A stretch of 64,000 bases of DNA, taken from assembly GCF_000142905.1 (NCBI RefSeq), contig NW_013657611.1, positions 62,001-126,000 of the forward strand. The letters run 5' to 3'. The stretch comes from Thecamonas trahens ATCC 50062 (Eukaryota > Protista > Apusomonadida). The notes beneath the pieces are model-generated. The model saw only the letters and a program-made list of their open reading frames with translations, was not told the DNA's origin and searched no databases. Positions 28,015 through 38,257 of this stretch are shown here, piece by piece (positions within the stretch are counted from its first letter, which is position 1; every line of letters starts with the position of its first letter). Position numbers and translations under genes: made by a program.

Positions 28015-29612
28015 ATGGACGTCTCCCTCCAGGGCCTGTCCCTGCGGCGACTGCGCATTCCCTCGGACGTGCTCCCGCTGGTCTCCCCAGCACCCACCGC
28101 ACAGCCACTGTGGTCGACAGGCACAGCCACGCCCCCACCACCACCACCACCACCACCTCTACCACTACCGCTACCACTGCTACCGCTACTCCGACAGGAA
28201 ACCCGCTGTCGCTCAGTCTGACCCCGTCTGGCACGCCGAACACTCCGGCCAAGCCGCCTTCCGTCGACCCGTTCTCCCCGCTGCAGACCCGGTCATCAAG
28301 GAAGCGGAAACGGTCTGCCGAGGAATCCGCCGCATTGGGCAGTCCCAAGTGCTCTGCACGGGCGTCGGCGGTGGGTGCTAGCTCGGCGAGGAGATTGATG
28401 GGCGATATCACTTCGCTCGACGTGTCATACAACTCGCTAACCAACCTGCCGTCGCAGCTGGTCAATCTCTCGGCGCTGGCCGCGCTCGACGCGTCCAACA
28501 ACAGGATTGGTCTTCGTGGAACGTCGTTGCCAGACGCGCTGAGCGGCCTGCGCAACCTCACCCGCCTCGATCTTTCGTGGAACCGGCTGACAAAGCTCGC
28601 GCCGGTGCTGGGCGCGCTTCCGGCGTTGACCTACCTCAACCTGGCTGACAATCGGCTTCAGGAAGTGTCGGACTCGCTCGGAGGCCTCGCGAGCACGCTG
28701 CGGACTCTCAACATTGACGGCAACGAGGAGATTGGCAAGTTTCCGCCCGTCATTTCCAAGCTCACTTCGCTCACCGAGCTGTACATGGATGCAACGTCGC
28801 TGTCCAAGATTCCTGGCACCCTCTCGCGGCTGACCAAGCTCCATTCGCTCACGCTCGCCGACAACAAGCTCGGCCCGGGCTCGTGTGCCGCAAGCCTCTC
28901 CAACCTGGTCTCGCTCCACAACCTAGTCCTTGACTCGAACAGCCTCCGCGCGGTGCCGTCGTTTGTCTCGGCGCTGCCCCAGCTGGCGTGGCTCTCGCTG
29001 CGCTCCAACCCCATCGCCTCGCTTGCGCCGCTGGTCCGTGTCACCTCGCTCGCCGAGCTCGACGTTCAAGACACCCACATCGAGACGCTTCCGGCACGCT
29101 TTGCCTCGCTGCCATCGCTGACCTACATCGGCGCCGACTCGACCGAGCTCTGCGAGCTGCCGCCGGCGCTGGACGCCGCCATGACCTCGGGCCGCCTCGC
29201 CATTGGCCTGCCGTACCACATGCGGCCGACCGACCCGCCGGCAGCGGTCTCACCTATGACTTCGCGCGCCTTTCGGCTCCGGCATCGCCACAACGCACGT
29301 GCACCCAAGAGCCCGCCTAAGCCGCGCGCGCCGTCGCCGCCCATCGATCGCACCATCTCATTTGCAGAGCCCGCCTCCATCGCCTCTGTTTGCTACTTTG
29401 ACCGCTCCGAGACGCCTTCGATGATCGGCCGCTCGTCCTGCCCGCGCGTCCGCATCACTGAACCGGCTCCGCCGGCCCTCAACCTCTCTGCCGACAACGG
29501 AAGCGGCGCTGATGATGGCCAACCCGCAGCTGCAGGCGTGGAGGACCACGACGCCAGCTCGTCGTCGGCCGCCTCGCTCTCGCTCGACTCGCCGACGCGT
29601 TTTAAACCCTAA
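28015..29612 (+). CDS. Leucine-rich repeat protein; first segment joined by a candidate GC-AG intron 28121-28197 or a 1-nt indel
   Basis: ~10 LxxLxLxxNxL repeats (LTRLDLSWNRLTKL, LTYLNLADNRLQEV etc.). The N-terminal MDVSLQGLSLRRLRIP segment lies in a different frame. Confidence 0.85.
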
Positions 29613-30136
29613 CGGTACGGTCGTTCGGACCCGTTGTTGCGCGTCTTGAAGTGAATTACTTGATGATGCTTGACTTCCAGGTCACCGGCCGACGCTGCGC
29701 GACGCCTGCTTGGCCTGCGGCTTGAGGTGGAAGGCGCACCCGCACGTGATGGCGGCTGACACGTAGACGCCCGCCCGAAGGAAGCCCGACCTGGGAGCAT
29801 GGGCGAGGCACGCGATGTGCCGTACGGTGCCGATCCGGAGGACCGGCGGGCGCGGACGGTGCGGAGCTTGTCATTGACGACCCCGAAGACCGGGAACGAG
29901 AGCATGACAGAGTTGAACACAGTGGCCGGACGGGAAAGCGCGAGGACGTCTTGCGATGGGCGAGCTTGCCGGTCAAGTCCGCGCCGTCGCGCAAGCGGAA
30001 GCGCACCTCTGCAGCGGCTGCTCGTCATCACCACTTTCCCCAACAAGCCGCTCTGCGACGCGACTGCCTCGCCTTCCGGAAGCTTCATGGTAAGCGATCG
30101 CGGCCGCGGACCATTTGCGCCGCGTGCAGCGTCCAT
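29609..30136 (-). CDS. Hypothetical basic protein
   Basis: 175-aa ATG ORF filling the space between the LRR and POT genes; no recognisable motif. Confidence 0.3.
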   Translation of the reverse strand: MDAARGANGPRPRSLTMKLPEGEAVASQSGLLGKVVMTSSRCRGALPLARRRGLDRQARPSQDVLALSRPATVFNSVMLSFPVFGVVNDKLRTVRARRSSGSAPYGTSRASPMLPGRASFGRASTCQPPSRAGAPSTSSRRPSRRRAASAGDLEVKHHQVIHFKTRNNGSERPYR

Positions 30137-30327
30137 CTCTGCATCGCCGACTGTGGTCTGTTGTGGCAGCCATTAACACATTGTACTACTCTTTTACCAC
30201 GGTCGATGGACGTTGCGACCTCTGTGGAGCGTCGCGGAGCGCGGCTTGCGCGATGGACAAGTGTGTCCATTCCGTACCGTAAAGGGCTAAGTGGTCCAAC
30301 CGTAGCCGCGTCTTTGTGCTGCGGCGC

Positions 30328-32037
30328 TTAGCCCGAGGCCGACGACGAGTCAACAAACGACGCCGAGCGCCCGACGCCGCCAGAGAGCACGTGTCGCGAC
30401 GACCGGTGCCGTGCCAACAGCGAGGCCTGCGGCGAGGTTGCAGCGAGCTCGCCCGAGCCGCTGTCCGAGCCAAAGTCCGACGAGTCGCGGAGCTCAAGGT
30501 CCGAATTTGACGACCACAGCGCAGCGGCGTCCGACTTGAGGCGCGCGTGGCCGCCGAGCGCGTCCCCGGTTCCGCCGACGTAGTGGTACCGCGACGCGAG
30601 GAGCGTGTGGATGCCGGTCATGACAACGAGGAGGACGGCAAAGATGAGGAACTCGAGCGCCTGCGAGGAGACCAGCTGCGACTCGGCCATAACGATGACG
30701 ACGACGTTGCCAGCGGCGACGGTGAGGAGCCATGCAGACTGCATGATCGACTTCATCGAGGCCGGCGCCTGCGAGTACGCAAACGAGAGGCCAGTGACCG
30801 AGAACATGATTTCGCCGATGGTGAGGACCACGTACTGCGGGACCTGCCACCACATCGAGACGCACTGGTCCTGATGACAGCCTCCCACCGCCGACGTCTT
30901 GGCCTCGTGCAGCTCCTCGAGCTGCGTTGTCGACAGCGCGGCGCAGCAGCTCGAGTCGATCGAGGTCTGGACAAGGGCAGCGATGCCAAACGAGATGGCG
31001 CAGACAAACATACCGACGCCGATGCGGCGGAGCGGCGTAAAGTTGATTCCCATCCGGCGGACGGCTGGGTACACCACGTACTCAAAGACGGGGATAAAGA
31101 CGAGGATGAAGAGCGCGTTAAGCGCCTGCATCTGGTCGGCCTTGAGATACCCATGTCCGTTCATCCGCAGCGCCATCAGCGTCCACCGCGACGACTGCTG
31201 GTCAAAGAGCGACCAGAAAATGGGCAGCGGGAGGAAGATGACAAGGACCCGGAGCGCCGCGCGGACGTCGGCCACCTTGGCCGCGCCGTGGCGGGCAACC
31301 GCCGGTGCGAGCCACCCGTGCTCAAGCGTCGAGCCGCCAGAGCCGGAGAGCTTGGCGCCAAGTGCAATGCGGACGACCGAAAAGAACATGCCAAGCACGT
31401 TGTCGCCGGGCGGGATGCGCACGTACTTGGAGATGCCGGCAAGGAAGATGCCGAGCGCCACAATCATGAGCGCGGCCGGCACGCCAAAGGCGAGCGGGTA
31501 GCAGTCCGGATGGCCAAAGCACGAGACGTCGTCGCGGAGAATGGGCGTAACAATCATCGACAAGACCGAGCCGGTGTTGATACAAAAGTAGAAGAGCGAG
31601 AAAAAGGTCTCGAGGAGGCCAGACTGGGCGTCGGAGAACTGATCGCCGCCAAACGACGAGACGCACGGCTTGATGCCGCCGGTGCCCATAGCAACCAAGA
31701 AGAGGCCGGTCATGACGCCCCACCAGTGCGGCGGATGGCCGGTAGCACCCGGAATGGCTGTAGCGGCAATGACAATGCATCCGATGCAGTACACGACCGA
31801 GAAGCGGAAGATGGTGGTGAACTTGCCCCATCGCGAGTCGGACAGCATGCCGCCGAGCAGCGGCGACATGTACGCCACGGCGATAAAGGTATGCGTCACC
31901 GCCGTCGCCCGATGTTCCGAAAACCCAATATATCCCACAAGATACACCGCCAGAATCGCCCGCAGCGCATAGTAGCAGTACCGCTCGACCAGCTCGTTGC
32001 CCAGAATGTGTGGCACCGCTGCCGGCCACCTGCCCAT
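30328..32037 (-). CDS. POT/PTR2 (SLC15-like) proton-dependent oligopeptide transporter
   Basis: ExxER motif NELVERYCYYALRAIL, GTGGIKPCVSSFGGDQF, FYFCINTGS, FWSLFDQQSSRW, QVPQY...SFAYSQAPASMKS. Confidence 0.95.
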   Translation of the reverse strand: MGRWPAAVPHILGNELVERYCYYALRAILAVYLVGYIGFSEHRATAVTHTFIAVAYMSPLLGGMLSDSRWGKFTTIFRFSVVYCIGCIVIAATAIPGATGHPPHWWGVMTGLFLVAMGTGGIKPCVSSFGGDQFSDAQSGLLETFFSLFYFCINTGSVLSMIVTPILRDDVSCFGHPDCYPLAFGVPAALMIVALGIFLAGISKYVRIPPGDNVLGMFFSVVRIALGAKLSGSGGSTLEHGWLAPAVARHGAAKVADVRAALRVLVIFLPLPIFWSLFDQQSSRWTLMALRMNGHGYLKADQMQALNALFILVFIPVFEYVVYPAVRRMGINFTPLRRIGVGMFVCAISFGIAALVQTSIDSSCCAALSTTQLEELHEAKTSAVGGCHQDQCVSMWWQVPQYVVLTIGEIMFSVTGLSFAYSQAPASMKSIMQSAWLLTVAAGNVVVIVMAESQLVSSQALEFLIFAVLLVVMTGIHTLLASRYHYVGGTGDALGGHARLKSDAAALWSSNSDLELRDSSDFGSDSGSGELAATSPQASLLARHRSSRHVLSGGVGRSASFVDSSSASG

Positions 32038-32468
32038 GATCACCGAGAGGACGAGGGGGAGGAGGGGGAGGAGGGGGAGGAGAGGGAGGAAGGGAGGAAG
32101 GGGGGGAGGACAGGGAGGAGGAGGAGGAGGAGGAGGAGGGGGTCGTGGAGTGGTGAGGAGAGACCTGGCGGTGGCCGTGGCCGTGGTTGTGGCGGGCGAA
32201 GGGGTGCCAAAAGGCTGTCTGTCATTGGACGGTGTGTGGTTTGCCCAGAGGTCGTGTTCTTGGAGAGGCCGCAATTCGGTCGGTGAGGGGGCATCGAGTC
32301 ACGGACGTCACAGATGACCACAGGCCACAGGCTGTGCTACTGCCACTGCCACTGCCACTGCACCCTCCTCCACCTGCACTTACGATACTTACGATACTTA
32401 CGACACTTACGACTCTCGCTCGTCTACAAACCCCACTCTCCGCACACACATACACACACATACGCAGT

Positions 32469-33575
32469 ATGGCTAGCTCGGCTGGCGAGCGCCTCATCGA
32501 CGACCACACCGAGGCAGAGGAGGCGTATGCAGAGGCGGTCGAGGCATCGGTGGTCGGCCTCGCCCAGTTCCTTGCTCAGTATCCGCTGTCAGTGGTCAAG
32601 GTGCTGGTGCAGCTCGCACCGCAGAGCAAGGATGGTGGAGGCGGGCTGATGCTCGCCGCCCAGCACACGGCAGAGTTGATGAAGCATCTGTGGGCGGTCG
32701 GTGGCCTCGCTGGTCTCTGGCACGGCCTCAGTGTCTCGCTCGGCTACGTCATGGTGTACATCAATGCCAATCAGGCCGTCCTTGCCGGTCTCAACACTCT
32801 CTTTCCCACCGATGCCGCCTGGGTCCTTGCCCACTCACGCCGCGCCTTTCTGCTGAAGGACGCGCTGCTCTCGAGCGTCTCGGGCCTCGTGGCCACCCTC
32901 ATCGCCAAGCCGCTCCAGGTCGTCCGCACCCGCATGCTTGCAGCACTGCTGCCGCAAGCCCTCCCGCTGGCACTCTCGCCGGCCGCCTCCGCCGCCGCCA
33001 GCTCGGGTGTCGCTGCCGCCGCCGCCGCCACCTTTGTCCGCCGCCAGTCTCTGGCCGCGCTGGCTGCCGCCAGCCGGATCTCTGCCTCTACGGCTGCCGC
33101 CGCAATTGCCGCTGACACCGGCTCATGGCCATGTCTTGGGGCGTGGGCGACTGCCGGGACGATCGTGGCCGAGGCGGGCGCGTCGGGCCTATTCGCCGGA
33201 CTCCTGCCGTCGCTGGCGGGCGTCCTTGCCCAACAGTTTGCCTATGTTGTGGCGCTTGATGCCCTCGACTCGGCATGGTCGTTTCTGGCGCCGTACTTTC
33301 GGTCGGCGCAGTGGAACGAGCTGTCTGCGCTCGAGCAGGAGACCGTGGTGGCCGGTGAGCGCTCGGCCATGGTGCGACTTGTCCACACCATCGGCCTTGT
33401 CGCCATGTACCCTTTCGAGGTCATCGCCCGGCGGCAGGCGCTCACATATTCATCACGCTCGCTCATTGCCTCTCCCGAGCTCCGCAAGCGCGACACCCTC
33501 GCTACCGCCTGGGCAACCGACGGCTTTTCGCTCCTCCACGGCTTTGTCTTTTCGCAGATGGCCGGCTGGTACTGA
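32469..33575 (+). CDS. Divergent mitochondrial carrier (SLC25) family protein, MTCH/SLC25A46-like
   Basis: Three degenerate PxD/ExxK/R signatures (YPLSVVKVLVQ, KPLQVVRTRM, YPFEVIARR), plus GGLAGLWHGL and GASGLFAGL. Confidence 0.75.
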   Translation: MASSAGERLIDDHTEAEEAYAEAVEASVVGLAQFLAQYPLSVVKVLVQLAPQSKDGGGGLMLAAQHTAELMKHLWAVGGLAGLWHGLSVSLGYVMVYINANQAVLAGLNTLFPTDAAWVLAHSRRAFLLKDALLSSVSGLVATLIAKPLQVVRTRMLAALLPQALPLALSPAASAAASSGVAAAAAATFVRRQSLAALAAASRISASTAAAAIAADTGSWPCLGAWATAGTIVAEAGASGLFAGLLPSLAGVLAQQFAYVVALDALDSAWSFLAPYFRSAQWNELSALEQETVVAGERSAMVRLVHTIGLVAMYPFEVIARRQALTYSSRSLIASPELRKRDTLATAWATDGFSLLHGFVFSQMAGWY

Positions 33576-33889
33576 TCCGTCACGGACCGAAGCAACCAGA
33601 CACCACTATATACCACACACACACACACACGCACACGCACACGCACACGCACACACACATGATCACATGATCACATGCTTACATGCTCACCCTCGACGAT
33701 TTTCACCCATATCGTCAGAATCATATCCCTCCCCTGCCCAAACCGCCCCACCGCCCCACCGCCCCGCCCCACCGGCCCGCCGCCCCCCCATTCGCGCGCG
33801 CGCCAACTCGTCCGCCACCGCCACGCCAGACCCTCCTGCACTCAACCCCTCCGCCCACCCACCCACCACCCGCCCACCCACCCACCACC

Positions 33890-35773
33890 ATGTCCATGTC
33901 CCTCTCTATGGACTCGTCCGGAATGGACATGACCTTTGAACTCGAGGGCGGGGCGAGCATTGCCGACGCCGACCCGTCGTCTCCACCTCGCCTGGCCAAC
34001 ACCTCGCGGTTTGGTCTCCCAGACCTCCATACCGTCGACATCCCTGCTCTCCGTGCCGAACTCCGGGCAGGGGTGAGGGACCTCACACAACGTGCTCTCT
34101 TCCAGTCTGCAAAGTGGTACGTTCTCCTTCCCCCCTCCCTCCCCCCCCCCCTCCCCCTCGCGCCCTACTCACGCTCACCTTTGGCTCTCGCACACAGGGC
34201 CGCCGAGAACTTGCTCGGACTACCGCCTGAGGATGAGGCTGGGGAGATGTCATCGCTGGAAGCTAGTAGCGGCATGGGTCGGGCTGAGGACGAGGTCGTG
34301 CCGTCGGCAGGCGAGGCCGATGTCATTGCTATGGCCAGGGTCTACTTTGAGATGCGCGAGTATCGGCGGGTGGCCCACACGCTCCACGAGGCGCAGAGCG
34401 ATCTGGGCAAGTTTATGCGGTGGTACGCCACGTATCTGGCTGGCGAGAAGCGGATGGAGGAGGATGCGCTGGAGCTTGTGGGGCCAATGGCCGAGGCGCC
34501 CGGGAGCAACGGTGAGCTCCGCAGCCTGGCTAAGGAGCTGGAGAGCGAGTATCAGGCCTCGAGCCTCGATGGCTACGGCATGTACCTGTACGGGCTTGTG
34601 CTGAAGCAGCTTGACGCGCAAGCGCGGGCACTGTCGATGCTTGTGGCGGCGGTCAACGCGCGCCCGCTGCTGTGGGCGGCATGGACCGAGATTGCAGGCC
34701 TCTGCACCGACGCGGTGATGGCGGCCGAGCTGCCGCTGCCGGACCACTGGGCCAAGACCATGTTTGTGGCGCACCTGCACCTCGAGCTGCAGCAAAACGC
34801 CGAGTCGCTCACGCTGTGGGAGGAGCTCGGCGAGCTGTTTGTCGAGTCAGACCACGTGGTGGCGCAAGCTGCGCTCGCCAACTACAACCTGCGCGAGTTT
34901 GGCGTCTCGGGCGATCTGTTCGAGGCCCTTCTCGAGCGCGACCCGTACCGCCTCGAACACATGGACACGTACTCGAACATTCTGTACGTCAAGGAGGAGG
35001 CCGCCAAGCTGTCGCGGCTAGCACACAGCGCGTCGCAGACCGAAAAGTACCGCCCGGAGACCTGCTGCATCATCGGCAACTACTACTCGCTCAAGTCGCA
35101 GCACGAAAAGGCGGTGACCTACTTCCGCCGCGCGCTTAAGCTCAACTCGCGGTTCCTCTCGGCGTGGACGCTGATGGGCCACGAATACGTCGAGATGAAG
35201 AACACGCCGGCGGCGATCGAGGCCTACCGCCGCGCGGTGGACATTTCGCCGCGCGACTACCGTGCGTGGTACGGGCTCGGCCAGACGTACGAGATCCTCT
35301 CCATGCCGTTCTATGCCCTCTACTACTACCGCAAGGCCACCACGCTGCGACCTTACGACGCTCGCATGTGGTGTGCAATGGCCAACTGCTTTGAGAACCT
35401 CGATCGTGTCCCAGAGGCCATCAAGTGCTACGAACGCGCCCAGTCAAACTCGGATCGCGACGGCATCGCCCTCTCCCGCCTCGCCGACCTCTACGACGGG
35501 CTTGGAGACTCTGCCAAGGCCGCGTTCTACTTTGAGCGGAACCTCGCCCGCCTCGAGAAGGAAGGCGCCGCCGGGCCGGCCATGGTCAAGGCCCTCATCT
35601 ACCTCGCCGTCTACTACAAGAACACCGGCGATTTTGCCCAGGCCGAGCTCTTCTGCTCGCGGCTGCATGACTTTGGCGGTCGCGAGAAGGAAGAGGCCAA
35701 GGCCCTGCTCCGCGAGATCCGCGCCGCGCACCGCCCGCTCATCCCATCCACGCCCAACACCTCGAACCCGTGA
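33890..35773 (+). CDS. CDC23: Anaphase-promoting complex subunit 8; 81-nt intron 34117-34197
   Basis: SAKW|AAE, YLAGEKR, DPYRLEHMDTYSNILYV, KYRPETCCIIGNYYSL, AWTLMGHEYVEMKNT, DYRAWYGLGQTYE. Confidence 0.96.
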   Translation: MSMSLSMDSSGMDMTFELEGGASIADADPSSPPRLANTSRFGLPDLHTVDIPALRAELRAGVRDLTQRALFQSAKWYVLLPPSLPPPLPLAPYSRSPLALAHRAAENLLGLPPEDEAGEMSSLEASSGMGRAEDEVVPSAGEADVIAMARVYFEMREYRRVAHTLHEAQSDLGKFMRWYATYLAGEKRMEEDALELVGPMAEAPGSNGELRSLAKELESEYQASSLDGYGMYLYGLVLKQLDAQARALSMLVAAVNARPLLWAAWTEIAGLCTDAVMAAELPLPDHWAKTMFVAHLHLELQQNAESLTLWEELGELFVESDHVVAQAALANYNLREFGVSGDLFEALLERDPYRLEHMDTYSNILYVKEEAAKLSRLAHSASQTEKYRPETCCIIGNYYSLKSQHEKAVTYFRRALKLNSRFLSAWTLMGHEYVEMKNTPAAIEAYRRAVDISPRDYRAWYGLGQTYEILSMPFYALYYYRKATTLRPYDARMWCAMANCFENLDRVPEAIKCYERAQSNSDRDGIALSRLADLYDGLGDSAKAAFYFERNLARLEKEGAAGPAMVKALIYLAVYYKNTGDFAQAELFCSRLHDFGGREKEEAKALLREIRAAHRPLIPSTPNTSNP

Positions 35774-36175
35774 GTTTGGGACACGGGCTAACCAATAACA
35801 GTTGAGACAACGTGACGCAGCCACGCAGCCGCCCAGCCCAACAGCCCAACACATCCGCCCAACCGCTTCCCCACCCGACGATTGCCACGTCAGGCAGTCG
35901 GGACACAGGGAGAGGCAATCCGGCAATCGGGCAATCGGGACATCGGGCAATCAGGCAGTCAACTGTGGCCCATCGCCCGTCGCCCGCCCGTCGCCCCCAT
36001 TCGCCAGACGGCCGTTGGCGCCGAATACCCATCACAGCCGCAGCTCCCCCACCCGACGACCCGCCGCCCCGCCTCGGCCACGCGCCAAGCGCCACCACCT
36101 CACCACCACTACCACCACCACCGCCACACATACCCACACACATACACATACACATACCCAGGCACAGAACCCAGC

Positions 36176-37918
36176 ATGGAGGAGATTGCCGAGGCGTACA
36201 CGCGGCCGCGGCGCGACTTTGGACGGCCGTGCAATTTTTCGTTGCGCGAAGCGGCGCTGCTGGTGGACACGTCGACGGGAAGCCGGATCGAGATCCGGCC
36301 CGAGGCCGAGCTTGAGGAGGAGTATGTTGTTCGAAACCCAGTGGAGCGTGCTGTTGAGCGGCGGGATGTCATGTCTGTCCACGAGGTGAACACTGAGCAC
36401 ATCCAGACCGAGTCGCGCGGTGTGCTGCATGTCGAGGGCGGTTGGCCCAAGGACGTCAACTACATGGAGGCCGGCTCTAAGGAGCGGTACAAGCGCAAGG
36501 TGGAGAAGGACGACGACTTTGTGTACCGAGTCAAGGCGCTCGGCGAGCAGGTCGAGGTGGCCATCATGGAGAACAACGCCATCGACATCTACGAGAACTA
36601 CTTTGTGGGCGAGGAGGTGGACCACTCGGGCGAGCCGCCGTCAGCCAAGACGCTCACTGTCTTTCGCGACCCGGCCGAGCTGAAGCGGACAGCGGCAGAC
36701 GTGGCGTGGCAAGGCGACAACTCGTCCAAGATGGCGATTGCGTACTGTGAGCTCCAGTTCCAGGGTATGGTCGAGGGCACCTCCATGTCGTCGTACGTGT
36801 GGGACGTAGAGAACCCCACGGCGCCCGAGCTGGAAATTGTGCCGTCGTCGCCGCTCTGGTGCCTCGAGTACAACCCCAAGGACCCGCACATTCTGCTCGG
36901 CGGCTCGCAGAATGGACTCATTGCGTTCTGGGACACGCGCAAGGGCGCGTCGGCCGCCAACTCGACGTCGTCGGTCGAGCGCTCGCACCGCGACCCGGTG
37001 TACTCAGCGCGCTGGATCCAGTCCAAGTCGGCGTCCGAGTGCTTCTCCTGCTCGACCGACGGCATGGTCCACTGGTGGGACATCCGCAAGCTCGGCGAAC
37101 CGCTCGACTCGCTCCGGCTCCGCATCCCCAAGGGCGATGGCACTATTCTCGGCGGCGTCGTTCTCGACTACGACTTTTCCATGCCCACCAAGTACATGGT
37201 CGGAACCGAGCAGGGCGTCATCCTCAACTGCAACAAGAAGGCGCGCAATCCGAATGACAAGATCCTCCGCACCTTTAACGGCCACCACGGGCCCATCTAT
37301 GCTCTCCAGCGCAACCCGTTCTTCCCCAAGTTCTTCCTCTCGGTCGGCGACTGGTCAGCCCGCATTTGGAACGAGGACACGGCGTCGTCGATCATCACCA
37401 CCAAGTACCACATGTCGTACCTGACCAACGCCGCCTGGTCGCCCACACGTGCCGGCGTCTTCCTCACCGCCAAGATGGACGGCACCGTCGACATCTGGGA
37501 CTACCTGCACAAGCAAAACGACCCTACCCTCTCGCTGCAGGTCTCCGACTACGATATTCGCGCCCTCGACTTTCACGGCTCGGGCCGCTTTGTCGCCGTC
37601 GGCGACGGCGAGGGCACCACCACTCTGCTCCAGCTCTCGCCGGGCCTCTCCGAGATGCAGAACCAGGAGCGCCAGACCATCGGCGCCATGTTTGAGCGCG
37701 AGCAGAAGCGCGAAAAAATGCTCGAGACCCGCGCCCGCGAGCTCAAGAACCAGTCCAAGATCCAGGCCGAGATGGTCTCGTCGCAGCTCGACGACATCGC
37801 AGAAGTCTCTGAGGAGCAGCTCCGCCAGGCCGAGCGCGCCTTTTACGACGCCGTCCGCCAGGCCGAAGAGGAGCAGAAGGCGCTTGGCGGCGGCGAGTCG
37901 TCGGTCCAGGAGTACTAA
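36176..37918 (+). CDS. DNAI2: Axonemal outer-arm dynein intermediate chain 2 (WD40)
   Basis: MEEIAEAYTRPRRDFGRPCNFS, HVEGGWPKDV, ENNAIDIYENYF, GHHGPIYALQRNPFFPKFFLSVGDW, MFEREQKREK. Confidence 0.95.
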   Translation: MEEIAEAYTRPRRDFGRPCNFSLREAALLVDTSTGSRIEIRPEAELEEEYVVRNPVERAVERRDVMSVHEVNTEHIQTESRGVLHVEGGWPKDVNYMEAGSKERYKRKVEKDDDFVYRVKALGEQVEVAIMENNAIDIYENYFVGEEVDHSGEPPSAKTLTVFRDPAELKRTAADVAWQGDNSSKMAIAYCELQFQGMVEGTSMSSYVWDVENPTAPELEIVPSSPLWCLEYNPKDPHILLGGSQNGLIAFWDTRKGASAANSTSSVERSHRDPVYSARWIQSKSASECFSCSTDGMVHWWDIRKLGEPLDSLRLRIPKGDGTILGGVVLDYDFSMPTKYMVGTEQGVILNCNKKARNPNDKILRTFNGHHGPIYALQRNPFFPKFFLSVGDWSARIWNEDTASSIITTKYHMSYLTNAAWSPTRAGVFLTAKMDGTVDIWDYLHKQNDPTLSLQVSDYDIRALDFHGSGRFVAVGDGEGTTTLLQLSPGLSEMQNQERQTIGAMFEREQKREKMLETRARELKNQSKIQAEMVSSQLDDIAEVSEEQLRQAERAFYDAVRQAEEEQKALGGGESSVQEY

Positions 37919-38176
37919 ACGCTTGTCCACCCTTTCTCGCTTTGCCCATCCTCGGTGGCGCGTACCCTCGCAAGTCGCGCTGCACTGGCCGCACGTCGGA
38001 CATGTCGGTCGGTCCACCACATCGCGGTAGCGTGGACGCGTGCGAACGATCATTTGTTGGTTCTTCGTTCGTTTGCTCGTTCGCTCGTTCATTCGTTCGT
38101 TCGTTCGCTCGTTCGTTGGCCCACCCAACGGCTAGCCAGCCACCACCCCCCTCCCCCCTACACCCCACACCCCACA

Positions 38177-38211
<35 letters not shown>

Positions 38212-38257
38212 CCGACCAACGTCAGGCGCCACCCACTCGACTGCCTTTACAGGAGGT

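Noticed and set aside
30547-32286. Long antisense ORFs (579 aa here; also 21990-23264, 45581-46765, 53540-54856 and others)
   Set aside because: Shadow ORFs caused by GC-rich codon bias on the opposite strand; no recognisable motifs.
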